Origin: Squalus acanthias
Lineage: Eukaryota
Direction of reading: 5' to 3'
NCBI GenBank assembly: GCA_030390025.1
Contig: CM059432.1
Span: 127,040,001-127,104,000 of the forward strand
DNA: 64,000 nucleotides
Position 1 is the first letter of the stretch. Each line of letters begins with the position of its first letter. The notes below the pieces were generated by a model. It saw only the letters and a list, made by a program, of their open reading frames with translations, ran no database searches and was not told where the DNA came from. Shown here piece after piece: positions 47,030-60,516 of this stretch. The position numbers and the translations under genes were made by a program.

Positions 47030-48790
47030 TACATTAATAATGGAGAACGGGGAAATGGTAGAGACTCTGAACAAATATTTTGTATCTGTCTTCACGGTAG
47101 AAGACACGAACAACATCCCAATAATGGATAATCCAGGGGCCACAGGGAGGGGGGAACTAAAGACAATCACTATTACTAAGGAAATAGTACTATGTAAAAT
47201 AATGGGACTAAAAGACGACAAGTCTCCTGGACCAGATGGCCTGCATCCCAGGGTCTTAAAAGAAGTGGCTGCAGAGATAGTGGATGCATTGGTTGCAATA
47301 TACCAAAATTCCCTGGACTCTGGAGAGGTCCCAACGGATTGGAAAACCGCAAATGTAACTCCCCTATTTAAGAAAGGAGGGAGACAGAAAGCAGGAAACT
47401 ATAGACCAGTTAGCCTAACATCTGTCATTGGGAAAATGCTGGAGTCCTTCATTAAGGAAGCAGTAGCAGGGCATTTGGAAAATCATAATGCAGTCAAGCA
47501 GAGTCAGCATGGTTTTATGAAAGGGAAATCATGTTTAACAAATTTGCTGGAGTTCTTTGAGGATGTAACGAGCAGGGTGGACAAAGGTGAGCCAGTGGAT
47601 GTGGTGTATTTGGATTTCCAGAAAGCATTCGATAAGGTGCCACATAAAAGGTTACTGCATAAGATAAGAGCTCACGGAGTTGGGGATAATATATTAGCAT
47701 GGAGAGAGAATTGGCTAACTAACAGAAAGCAGAGTCGGGATAAATGGGTAATTTTCCGGTTGGCAAAAGGTAACTAGTGGGGTGCCACAGGGATCGGTGC
47801 TGGGGCCTCAACTATTTACAATCTACATTAATGACTTGGATGAAGGGACCGAGTGTAATGTAGCCAAGTTTGCGGACGATACAAAGATGGGTGGGAAAGC
47901 AAGTTGTGCAGAGGACTCAAAGAATCTGCAATGGGATATAGATAGGCTAAGTGAGTGGGCAAACATTTGGCAGATGGAGTATAATGTGGGAAAGTGCGAG
48001 GTTATACACTTTGGCAGGAAAAATAAAAAAGCAAATTATTTAAATGGAGAGATTACAAAATGCTACAGTTCAGAAGGACCTGGGGGTCCTTGTGCATGAA
48101 ACACAAAAAGTTAGCATGCAGGTACAGCAACTAATCAAAAAGGCAAATGGAATGTTGGTCTTTATTTCAAAGGGGTTGGAGTATAAAAGCAGGGAAGTCC
48201 TGCTACACTGTACAGGGTATTGGTGAGACCACACCTCGAGTACTGCGTACAGTTTTGGTCTCCTTATTTAAAGGAAGGATATACTTGCATTGGAGGCAGT
48301 TCAGAGACGATTCACTAGGTTAATTCCAGTGATGAGGGGGTTGACTTATGAGGAAAGGTTGAGCAGCCTGGGCCTATACTCATTGGAATTTAGAAGAATG
48401 AGGGGTGATCTTATTGAAACATATAAGATACTGAGAGGGCTCGACAAGGTAGATGCAGAGAGGTTTCCCCTCGTGGGGAAATCTAGAACGCGGGGGCACA
48501 GTTTTAGAATAAAGGGTTGCCCTTTTAGAACTGAGATGAGGAGGAATTTCTTCTCTCAGAGGGTCGTAAATCTGTGGAATTCTCTGCCCCAGAGAGCTGT
48601 GGAGGCTGGGTCATTAAATATATTTAAGGTGGAGATAGACAGATTTTTGCAAGATAAGGGAGTGAAGGGTTATGGGGAGCGGGCGGGGAAGTGGCTTTGA
48701 GCCCAAGATCAGCCATGATCTTATTGAATGGCGGAGCAGGCTTGAGGCGCCAAGTGGCCTATTCCTGCTCCTATTTCTTATGTTCTTATG
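47030..48790 (+). mobile_element. Young CR1 3' half
   Basis: 254-aa RT ORF and intact tail ttcttatgttcttatg. Confidence 0.92.
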
Positions 48791-50510
48791 TAATATAGCA
48801 TACCCCTAAAATTACCCATCATTCTAATTCTATTCTCCTATTACTATAACTTGTATTTACAGATGATACAGCCATGGCCAATTTTGGGAATCAAATCATT
48901 CAAGCCCATTACAACAGAACACATACAGACTTCTAAATGGAGTAGTCAAATTACATTGAAAAATGACACCTTACACAGGTTTAAGAAAGCAGAGCAGGAG
49001 TTAAAAGTTAATATAACCCCGTCGTAAAACACAATCTGGTTTAATTACCATACAAATTAAGACAAATGCCACAAATGATGCTAATGTGGTACTCGAAGCA
49101 TGAGACACAAAATCTACAGTCAATGATGGTGTGTGCTTGCCATGTGTACCATGTTATTATTGAATACCTAGCAACAAATTTTCTGTTTTAACTAAAACAA
49201 TAATAACCTGAATTTAAGATCAGGTTTGCAGTGGGATTATGATGCCACTTTCAGACCCATCACTAAAATAGAACAGCAAGCTTTCTTTTCATTTGACCAG
49301 GATAGCACTAGGATCAACAGTTTTACTGCAATTCACATAACAGTACTATCCTATGTCCATCTGTGTCCTCTGATCTGTAAACTACCTTCTCTGTAATTTG
49401 CGTGATCCATAGGATGAACAAGTACCCTATTTGCAATAATCTGCATACTAAATTAGCTGTAGTCATGTGCTGCGATATAACCCTTCAACTCAACACAATA
49501 TTAAACGTAGACCATAATTTGTACACACTAAAGTAAAATATTTTACAATTAAAATGAAAAAAAGCAATTCAACAATTACCAAATGATGCACATCAAAACA
49601 ATGAGAAAGAGACTGATTGGTTACTCATTTTAAGAAATTACTTTGGAAATTTACAGAGCCTTCGATGTTGGCATAGCCTGCCCATTTTATTGACTGTTTT
49701 TGCTCTTCATACTGACTGTGATTTAAATCATGACATTCATAAAGCAATCCTCATGTTAGAGATCCCCGTTTCTAAATTTGAGCTGAAGAACTGCAAATTC
49801 CTGTTGTTATTCCATTAATTTCCATTGAAGTCATATTTCCATCCAAACTCTACAAATAAAAGTTCTAAAAAAACTTGCCAATCTGAAATAAAAACAGAAA
49901 ATGTTGGTAATGCAGACTTCTGACAAAGGATCTACATTGAAACATTAACCTGTCTTTTCCCTTTACATAAGCTTATGGACCAGCTGTGTACTTCCCGCAT
50001 ATTTTTATTCCATCCAAATTCGAGGAGATTAAAATTCATTGATACAAAAGTATTCATTTAATAATTTGAATGATACACGTGCAAATTTTAGCTCCAGGAG
50101 TTAAGACCAATTACATGTGTCAGCATTGACTCAGTGGCAGCACTCTTGCCTCCGAGTCACAAGGTTGTGAGTTCAAATAGTACTTGGTGTCTTCAAATAG
50201 TACTTCATTGGTTGTGAAGCGTTTTAGGGTGTCCTGAAAGGTGCTATATAAATGCATGTCCTTTGTTTCTTTCAGAAGGAACAAAAACGAAAAACTTCAC
50301 TATGTTAGTGAAATCAAACAAGTTCTTCATAAACTGATTTATTATTTTGCTACAACACAATCCACAGAGGAACAGCTTTGAGTCTGCAAGAGGCAAGACC
50401 TACACAATTAAAAACCCATTCCTAAGTGCAAAGCTTAAATACATAGCTGTCGAGATCTACCCAATTCTTACCTACAGGTATTAAGAATTTTACAATGAAC
50501 CAAAAATAAC

Positions 50511-53500
50511 AGCCCATAATTTGCGGCCCCACGTGCCCATAAGGGCCGCGCAAGTTCTGGGTTTTCACGTGCGAAGCGCATGCGTGAAAACCTGGAACTT
50601 GCGATCTGTCAAGCATTTTGACAGATCATCTGCATCCCCGGGAAAAAGGGCATCCACAGGTGGAGAGTTGGGCTATTTGCCCAACTTCTGCACAGCGAAT
50701 GCCCATGAAATTCTTACGCCTGGTAAAAGCAGGCGTGAGGCCTGCTTTTACCAGCGTAAGAGTTAAAAAATTTTTTTTTTTTTTTAAATTTCAATCATTT
50801 AAACATTAAAAAACCTGTACAATAAAGGTAAGGTTATTTTTAGCCCCTTTAAAACATTTAAATTTATTTTTCAAAAAATTTAATTTTTGTTTTAAATATT
50901 TAATTAAATGGCACTTTAATTAATTTTAAATATATAATTTTTTTTATTTATTTGATGTCTAGGTGTATTTTTGGGGGGTATTCATTCCCATTCATGCTTA
51001 TGGGGATTCCATACATACGGAATCCCCATAAGCATGAATGGGGATTCCCATCTTTCATTCGTTGAGCCAGCCCATGTGATCCTAGGGGCACTCGCGAACC
51101 GCCTGCGCCAGAGATACGTGGGCCGGTATCCGGAGAGGCCCAGGACCGCAAATCTCCGTACCTCCCGAACCACCAGGTACGCAGGCATTTTATTTGCGAA
51201 TCGAAGGCATCTATCGTAAGGGGAACAGATAGACGTTTCTATGGCCGCATCAGTGACTCCAGGATGCCTCCCTGGTGCCAGGGTCAAGGATGTCACTGAG
51301 CGGCTGCAGGACATTCTGAAGGGGGAGGGTGAACAGCCAGAGGTCGTGGTCCATATTGGTACCAACGACATAGGTAGAAGAGGGACGAGGTCCTGCAAGC
51401 AGAATATAGGGAGCTAGGAAATAAATTAAACAGCAGGACCTCAAAGGTAGTAATCTCAGGATTACTCCCAGTGCCACGTGCTAGCGAGAGCAGAAATAGG
51501 AGAATAGACCAGATGAATGCGTGGCTGGAGAGATGGTGTAGGAGGGAGGGATTTAAATTCCTGAGGCATTGGGACCGATTCTGGGGAAGATGGGACCTGT
51601 ACAAGCTGGACGGGTTACACCTCGGCAGAACCGGGACCAATATCCTCGCTGGGGTGTTTGCTAGTGCTGTTGGGAAGGATTTAAACTAGTTTGTCAGGGG
51701 GCTGGGAACCTAAGTGTGGGCCCAGAACAGAGAGAAACAAAGCTGGAAGTGCAAGTTAGAAAAGTAGTCAGCAAAACTAGTAGGGAGCAGAAACAAAGGC
51801 CAACAGTAAAGAGGGTCAAAGAGCAGAAAAATATTAAACGGGCAAAATTGAAGGCACTTTATCTAAATGCACGTAGCATTCGCAACAAGGTGGATGAATT
51901 AATGGCACTAATAGAAGTAAATGGGTATGATGTAATTGCCATTACAGAGACATGGTTGCAGGGTAACTAACCAAAGCTGGGAACTGAATGTTCCAGGCTA
52001 CTCAACATTTAGGAAGGACAGACAAAAAGGAAAAGGAGGTGGTGTAGCGCTGTTAATAAGGGATGAGATCGGTACGGTAGAGATAAAAGATCTTGGCTTG
52101 GCAGATTGTGATGTCGAACTGGAATCTGTTTGGGTGGAGCTAAGAAACAGCAAAGGGCGGAAAACATTGGTGGGAGTTGTGTATAGGCCACCAAACAGTA
52201 GTGGTAATGTAGGGCACAGTATCAATCAAGAGATTAGAAGTGCACGTAACAAGGGCAATACGGTAATCATGGGGGACTTTAATCTACATATTGACTGGGC
52301 AAATCAAATTACCACTAATGGTGTGGAGGACGAATTCTTGGACTGCATGCGAGATGGTTTCCTGGATCAGTATGTGGAGGAACCAACCAGGGAACAGGCT
52401 ATTCTGGATCTGGTACTGTGTAATGAGAAAGGGCTAATCAATAATCTTGTGGTAAAGGGGTCTTTAGGGACAAGTGACCATAATATGATTGAATTTTATA
52501 TTAAGTTTGAGAGTGATGTAGTCCAATCTGAAACTAAGGTCTTCAATTTAAACAGAGGAAACTACAAGGGTATGAGGGACAAGTTGGCCATGGTAGATTG
52601 GGAGACTACACTAAAAGGTATGAAGGTAGACATACAAGGAAATAATGCATAATTTGCAACAAACATATATTCCTCTAGGGCATAAAAACCCAAAAGGAAA
52701 AGTGATCCAACCATGGCTAACAAAAGAAGTTAAAGCTAGTATTAAGTCAAAGGAGGAAGCTTATAAAGTTGCCAGAAAAAGCAGTCAGCCTGAGGATTGG
52801 GATCTTTTTAGAAATCAGCAAAGGGGGACCAAGAAATTGATAAAGAAAAGGAAAATGGAATATGAGCACAAACTAGTGAAAAATATAAAAACATATTGTA
52901 AAAGCTTCTATAGGTATGTGAAAAGGAAAAGACTGGTGAATGTAGGTCCTTTACAGTCAGACGGGAGAATTTATAATGGGGAATGAAAAAATGGCAGAGA
53001 AATTAAATAAATACTTTGTTTCTGTCTTCACGGACGAAGACACAAAAAACCTCCCAGAAATACGAGAAAACCAAGGGTGTGGCGAGAATGAGGAACTTAA
53101 AGAAATTATTAGTAAAAAAACAGTACTAGCAAAATTAATGGGACTAAAAGTCGATAAATCCCAAGGACCGGATGACCTACATCCTAGGGTTTTGAAAGAG
53201 GTGGCCATTGGGATAGTGGGCACATTGGTTGTCATCTTCCAAAATTCTATAGATTCTGGAACGGTTCCTGCAGATTGGAGGATAGCAAATGTAACCCCGC
53301 TATTTAAGAAAGGAGGGAAGAGAGAAAACGGGGAACTACAGACCCGTTAGCCTCACATCAGTAGTTGGGAAAATGCTGGAATCTATTATAAAGGATGCAA
53401 TAACTGGGCACTTAGAAACTAATAGTAAGATTGGGCAGAGTCAACATGGATTTATGAAAGGGAAATCCTGTTTGGCAAACCTATTGGAGTTCTTTGAGGA

Positions 53501-54734
53501 TGTAACTAGTGGAGTAGACAAAGGGGAACCAGTAGATGTGGTGTATCTGGATTTTCAGTAGGCCTTCGATAAGGTCCCACACAAGAGGTTGGTGAACAAA
53601 ATTAGGGCACATGGAATTGGGGGTAATATACTAGCATGGATTGAGAATTGGTTAACAGACAGAAAACAAAGAGTAGGGAAAAATGGGTCTTTTTCAGGAT
53701 GGCAAGCTGTGACTAGTGGGGTACCGCATGGATCGGTGCTTGGGCCCCAGCTATTCACAATCTATAATGATTTGGATGAGGGGACTAAATGTAACATTTC
53801 CAAATTTGCTGATGATACAAAGCTAGGTGGCAGTGTCAGTTGCGAAGAGGATGTGAAGAGGCTTCAAGGGGATCTTGACAGGCTCAGTGAGTGGGCGAGA
53901 ATATGGCAGATGGATTATAATGTGGATAAATGTGAAGTTATCCACTTTGGTAGAAAAGGCAGAGTATTTCCTAAATGGTGAAAGATTGAGGAATGCAGAT
54001 GCTCAAAGGGACCTGGGTGTCCTTGTACATGAGTCACTGAAAGTGAATGTGCAGGTGCAGCAAGCCATTGGGAAGGCAAATGGTACGCTGGCCTTCATTA
54101 CAAGAGGATTTGAGTACAGGAGTAAAGAAGTCTTACTCCTTATATAGGGCCTTAGTGAGACCACACCTGGAGTACTGTGTACAATTTTGGTCTCCTTACC
54201 TAAGGAAGGATATACTTGCTATAGAGGTTGCAATGAAGGTTCACGAGATTGATTCCTGGGATGGCAGGACTGTCGTATGAGAAGAGATTGAGTAAACTAG
54301 GCCTGTATTCTCTTGAATTCAGAAGAATGAGAGAGGATCTCATTGAAGCATACAAAATTATTTCAGGGCTCGATAGGGTGGATGCTGGGAGAATGCTTCC
54401 CTTGGCTGGGGAGTCTAGAACCAGGGGGCCACAGCCTCAGGATAAAGGGTAGGCCATGCAGGACTGAGATGAGAAGAAATTTCTTCACACAGAGGGTGGT
54501 GAATCTTTAGAATTCTCTATCCCAGAGGGCTGTGGAGGCTCAGGTCATTGGGTATATTCAGAACAGAAGTAGATAAATTTCTGACTAGTAAGGGCATCAA
54601 GGGATATGGCGATAGGGCTGGTGAATGGAATTGAGGCAGAAGATCAGCCATGATCTCATTGAATGGCGGAGCAGGCTCGAAGGGCCTACTCCTGCTCCTA
54701 TTTCTTATGTTCTTATGACCGCAAATTCAAGGAC
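50511..54734. mobile_element. Harbinger-like MITE split by a CR1 just inside its right TIR
   Basis: Left AGCCCATAATTTGCGG, right CCGCAAATTCAAGGAC, AAC on both flanks; internal layout like 15236-15976. Confidence 0.6.
51212..54717 (+). mobile_element. CR1 LINE, ORF1 C-terminal half plus full decayed ORF2
   Basis: [13 protein letters not shown], 238-aa endonuclease ORF, RT motifs, tail. Confidence 0.92.
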
Positions 54735-54789
54735 AACCAGTTTTATGGAAAATAGGTAATCTAAGCTAGTATGTCAATGTGATCACTAG

Positions 54790-55196
54790 CAGCTTAAATA
54801 TTCACTCCCTCCACCACCGGCATACCGTGGCTGCAGTGTGTACCATCTACAAGATGCACTGCAGCAACTTTCCAAGGCTTCTTCGGCAGCACCTCTCAAA
54901 CCTGCGCCCTATTCCACCTAGAAGGGACAAGGACAGCAGGTGCATGGGAACACCAACACCTCCAAGTTCCCCTCCAAGTTCCACACCATCCTGACTTGGA
55001 AGTATATGGCCGTTCCTTCGCTGTCGCTGGGTCAAAATCCTGGAACTCCCTCCCTAACAGCACTGTGGGAGTACCTTCACCACACGGAGTGCAGCGGTTC
55101 AAGGTGGCGGCTCACCACCACCTTCTCAAGGGCAATTAGGGATGGGCAATAAATGCTGGCCTTGCCAGCGACGCCCGCATCCCGTGAATGAATTTT
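54790..55196 (+). mobile_element. LINE 3' end of a second CR1-group family
   Basis: IHSLHHRHTVAAVCTIYKMH motif and gaatgaat tail. Confidence 0.7.
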
Positions 55197-55719
55197 TAAA
55201 AAATTCAGCAAGCCAAATGCTCCAAGAAATAAGGAGGACCTTCTAGCTCTCAAATCTAGTAAGTCAGATGTTTGATTTCTATTAAAATAAAAATTCATGA
55301 AACAAGATATTTCAACATTTGTGACATCGCTAAGTTTATTACAGGTGTTCTTTCATGTTGAGATAACCTGTCTGCATCATTTGCCACACCATATTATACA
55401 CGTGTAATCCAATACTCCAACATAGCAGCTATTTATCGTCCAGGTCAGCCATACTAGAGAATTTTCACCAGAATGTACTGTTAATGCACACCATACCAGT
55501 AGAAGTGGAGCCTTTGTCACGTCCAAACATGGACACATTCAGAGAGTATCCCACTTCTAATGGCAGTAGCTTCCAGCTCAGGTAAATGACCACTGCGATA
55601 TTTACCTAAATCAACCATGTTCCAATATCCTCTTCGGAGGTATCCATGAGAACCATAAACTCCCAGGTCCGGGCTGGCCAAAATAGGACCTGCGAACAAA
55701 GTTTCCTTTACAATTTTTA

Positions 55720-58700
55720 CAGCATAGAACAGGAGTAGGCCATTCAGCCCCTCAAGTCTGCTCTTCCATTCAATTAGATCATGACTGATCTGTGCATGAA
55801 CTCCATTTACCAGCCTCCTGTTCCATATTCCTCGATACCCTTGCCCAACAAAAATCCACCAATCTCAGTCTTGAAAATTTCAACTGACACAGCATCCAAC
55901 AACCTTTTCAGGAGAGAATTCAAGATTTCCACTACCCGTTGTGTGAAAAAATGCTTCATTCATTTCACTCCTAAATGGCCGAGCTCTAATTTTATGATGC
56001 CCATGGTTCTGGATTCCCCTCCATAGGAAATAGATTCTCTATCGACCCTATTGAATCCCTTTGTCATAGAAAATATGGCACAGAAGGAGGCCATTCGACC
56101 CATCTTGTCTGTGCCGGCTGAAAAGAGCTATCCAGCCTAATCTCACTTTCCAGCTCTTGGTCCGTAGCCTTGTAGGTTATGGCACTTCAAATGCATATCC
56201 AACTACTTTTTAAATGCGATGAGCGTTTCTGCCTCTACCACCCTTTCAGGCAATCAGTTCCAGACCCTCACCACCCTCTGGGTGAAAAAAGTTCTCAACT
56301 CCCCTCTAGTCCTTTTACCAATTACTTTAAATCTATGCCCCATGGTTATTGACCTCTGTGTTCAGGAAAACAGGTCCTTCCTCTCAACTCTATCCAAGCC
56401 CCTCATAATTTTATACACCTCCATCAAGTCTCCCCTCAGCTTCCTCTGTTCCAGCCTATCCAATCTTTCCTCATAGCTAAAATTTTCCAGTCCTGGCAGA
56501 ATCCTTATAAATCTCCTCTGTACCCTCTCTAGTGCAATCACATCTTTCCTGTAATGTGGTGACCAGAACTGTATACACAGTACTCTAGCTGTGGCCTGAC
56601 TAGTGTTTTGTACAGTTCAAGTATAACCTCCCTGCTCTTCTATGCCTCGGCTAATAAAGGAAAGTATCCCGTATGCCTTCTTAACCACCTTATCTATCTG
56701 GCCTTCAGGGATCTGTGGACATGCACTCCAAGGTCTCTCTGTTCCTCTACACTTCCTGCAGTCTACAGTTTTCTTCCTCACTATCAACCACACGGCCAAT
56801 TTTTGTATCATCTGCAAATTTCTTAATCATGCCCCCTACGTTGAAGTCAAAATCAGTGATGTATACCACAAAAAGCAAGGGACCTAGTACTGAGCCCTGC
56901 AGAACCCCATTAGAAACAGCTTTCCAGTCACAAAAACATCTGTCGACCATTACCCTTTGCTTCCTGCCACTGAGCCAATTTTGGATCCAACTTGCCACTT
57001 TCCCTTGGATCCCATGAGCTTTTACTTTTCTGACCAGTCTGCTATGTGGGACCTTGTCAAAAGCCTTGCTAAAATCCATGTAGGCGACATCAAACGCACT
57101 ACTGCAAGAATAAAAATGTATGTTTTGTCAAAATTATGATGTGATGGGACTCGAGACTATTAATATAAGATGTATGTAAAAAAGATTAATTTAATGTGTA
57201 TGTATCTCCCCTGGGTGGGCAGAGCTCAAGGCAACGGCGCGAAACTTAACAAAAGAAACCTGCATAACAAGGTAACCTGCACAGAGACAGCATGACTTTC
57301 AAGGTAAACAAACCCATCGAAACTCAGCCATTAAAAGGTGCTAACAAAACAATTAACTTAATCAAGAAATGGCATCAGCCTCTGCAGACAGATACATGAG
57401 TAAGGAAAGCCAATCAAGAACTGCCATGAAGCTAAGACCCAATCCTGGGGTTTTAGCAATTTGTACTAGAGACAATGGACTTTAAAAGATATAAAAGGAA
57501 CCCAGGAGCTCACTCGTGCTCTCTCGATGACCACGCGGCAAAGCAGGAAGCCCCTTCTACAGACCAGACCAAGAAGCAAGGAAGAAGACCATGCGTTGCC
57601 TGACTCAGAGGGAAGTACAAGTCTGTTTAAATCTGTAACCCATTACCTTACTTGTTGTAATCAAGTAGAGTCCATAGGATACCAGTAGGCTATGTGCATG
57701 CGTGTGTGTTTAATAAACTTATTCCAAATTGTTCCAAAGGAATTGGTCTTGCTGTCAATTTAATGCCAGTTGAAATAGAAATCTTACACTACCCTCATCA
57801 ACCCTCCTTGTTACCTCCTCAAAAAATTTAATCGCGTTAGTCAGACACGACCTTCCCTTAAATCCATGCTGACTATCCTTGATTAATCCGTGCCTTTCTA
57901 AATGACGATTAATACTGTCCCTCAGAAGTCTTTATAACAATTTGCCCACCACGGAGGTTAGGCTGACGGGCCTGTAGTTACACACTCTATCCCTTTTTGA
58001 ACAACGGTACAATGTGAGCAGTCCTCCGGCACCACACCTGTAGCCAGAGGATTGAAAAATGATGGTCAGAGACTCCGCTATTTCCTCCCTTGCTGCTCTT
58101 AACAGCCTGGGATACATTTCATCTGGGCCTGGCGATTTATCTACTTTCAAAGATGCTAAACCTCATAACACTTCCTCTCATCTAATATTTCACAATCCTC
58201 TTCAACTACAATGTCTGCACTGTCCCTCTCTCGTGAAGACATACACAAAGTATTCATTAAGGACCATACCCACGCCTTCCGCCGCAACACACAGGTTAAC
58301 TTTTTAGTCTCTAATAGGCCCTACTCTTTCTTTAGTTATCCTCTTGTTCTTTATGTATTTATAAAACATCTTTGGGTTTTCCTTGATTTTACTTGCCAAT
58401 ATTTTTTCATGCCTTCTCTTTGCTTTCCTAATTTCCTTTTTAATTTCACCCCTGCATTTTCTAAACTCTAGGCTTTCTGCAGTATTGAGCTCTTGGTAGC
58501 GGAGATAAGCTTCCCTTTTTTGCCTTATCCTACTCTGTATGCCCCTTGACATCCACGGGGCTGTAGACTTGGGAGTCGAACCCTTTTTCTTTGTGGGAAC
58601 ATATTTATTTTGCACCCTCACTATCTCCTCCTTGAATGCCTCCCACTGCTATGACACTGATTTACTTTCAAGTAGCTGTTTCCAGTCCATTTTTGCTAAA

Positions 58701-60475
58701 TCACATCTCAACTTGGCAAAATTGGCCTTTCCCCAATCAAGAACTTTTACGCCTGATCTATCTTTGTCCTTTTTCATAACTATGCTAAATCTAACTGAAT
58801 TATGAACACTACCACCAAAATGCTCTCCCATTGATACCCCTTCAACCTGCCCAGCTTCATTCCCTAAAACCAAGTCCAGCACCGCCCCCTCGCTTGTTGG
58901 GCTTGCTACGTACTGGCTAAAAAACTTCTCCTGAATGCATTTTAAGGAATCTGCACCCTCTATAGCTTTTACACTGATTCTATCCCAGTTAATATTAGGG
59001 CAGTTGAAATCCCCTATTACTGTCCTATTGTTTTTACACTTCAGAAATTTGCCATCATATTTGCTCTTCTATCTCCCTCTTGACTCTTTTGGGGTCTATA
59101 GTACACTCCCAGCAGCGCAATTGTCCCTTTTTTGTTCTTCAGTTCCAACCCATATGGCCTCATTTGATTATCATTTTGAAGATCTTGATTAAATCACCCC
59201 TCAACCCTCTAAACTCAAGGGAACACAAACCATGTTTATGCAACCTGTCCTCATAATTTAACCCTTTAAGCCCAAGTATCATTCTGGTGAATCTGCTCTG
59301 TACCCCCTCCACATTCAATACATCTCTCATGTTGTGCGGTGTCCAAAGCTGAACGCAGTGCTCCAGATGGGGTCTGACCAAAGCCCTATATAACTGAAGC
59401 ATCACATCCTCACTTTTAAATTCCAACCCCCTTGAAACATTCCATTAGCCATTTTGATTGCTTTTTGCACCTGTGCACTAGCTTTTAGTAATGTGTGTAC
59501 CTGGACACCTAAATCCCTTTGCAGCTCCTAGTGTCTCACCATGAAGAAAATATTACAATTTGTCTTTCTCAGATCCAAAATGGATGACCACACACTTTCC
59601 CACGTTGAACTCCATTTACTATAGTTTTGCCCATTCACTTAGTCTCTCCCTTTGTAACTTTCTGCTCTCTCTACACAACTTATAATGTCTCCTAACTTAG
59701 TGTCATCTGCAAACTTGGATATACAACTCTATTATTCCTTCAACCAAGTCATTAATATACATGGTGAGAAGCTCAGGGCCCAGTACAGATCACTGGGGAA
59801 CAACACTGATCACATCCAGCCAATCAGAGAATATTCCCTTTGTTTATTCTGTTTCTTTACCTCCCAACCGATTACCAACCCATGTCACAAGGTTACCTCT
59901 AATTTTGTGTGCTCTCATGTTTGCCAATAATCTCTTGTGCCGAACCACATCAAATGCCTTCTGGAAGTCCATATAGACAATATCCATAGGCACGCCACTA
60001 TCCACCATGCCAGTGACCTCAAAAAAATTCAACTAGATTAGTCAGATATGACCTACCCTTCACAAATCTATGGTGCTCTCTGATCAGCTTATATTTGTCC
60101 AAGTCCTTGGTCTCTGATGATAGATTCCAATAACTTTCCCACAATTGATATTAAACTGGCAGGTCTGTAGTTCCCTGGTTTCTCCTTCTCTCCCTTCCAA
60201 ATGCACAATTCCTGAATCTAGCGCATCTGCAATTTCCTCATCTATTTCTTTTAATAACCTGGGGTGAAAACTATCAGATCCTGGAGCTTTGTCTATTTTT
60301 TTTCTCCTATTATTTTCTCCATTACCATTTCTAAAAACATTAAATCCATTAAGTTCCTCCCCTTGACTTATTTTAGGTTCCCTTGTACTGTTGGAATTTT
60401 GTCCTCTTCCTCCACTGTGAAAGGAGATACAAAGTACTCATTTAACAAATCCGCCATTTCTTTATTATCCATTAT
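55720..60475 (-). mobile_element. Three stacked CR1 fragments
   Basis: DFSKAFDKV, KSPGPD, LVRPHLE motifs on the minus strand. Confidence 0.88.
57103..57788 (+). mobile_element. Solo LTR (686 bp) inserted in CR1
   Basis: TGCAAGA...TCTTACA termini, 4-bp TSD CTAC, TATAAAA at 57490, AATAAA at 57712. Confidence 0.82.
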
Positions 60476-60516
60476 AGTCGAGGTTTATTCACTATGCAGT
60501 CAACTTGGTATCACAG

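Noticed and set aside
42394..48700. Long RT ORFs as active retrotransposons or host genes
   Set aside because: All are interrupted by frameshifts or stops and are 5'-truncated CR1 copies
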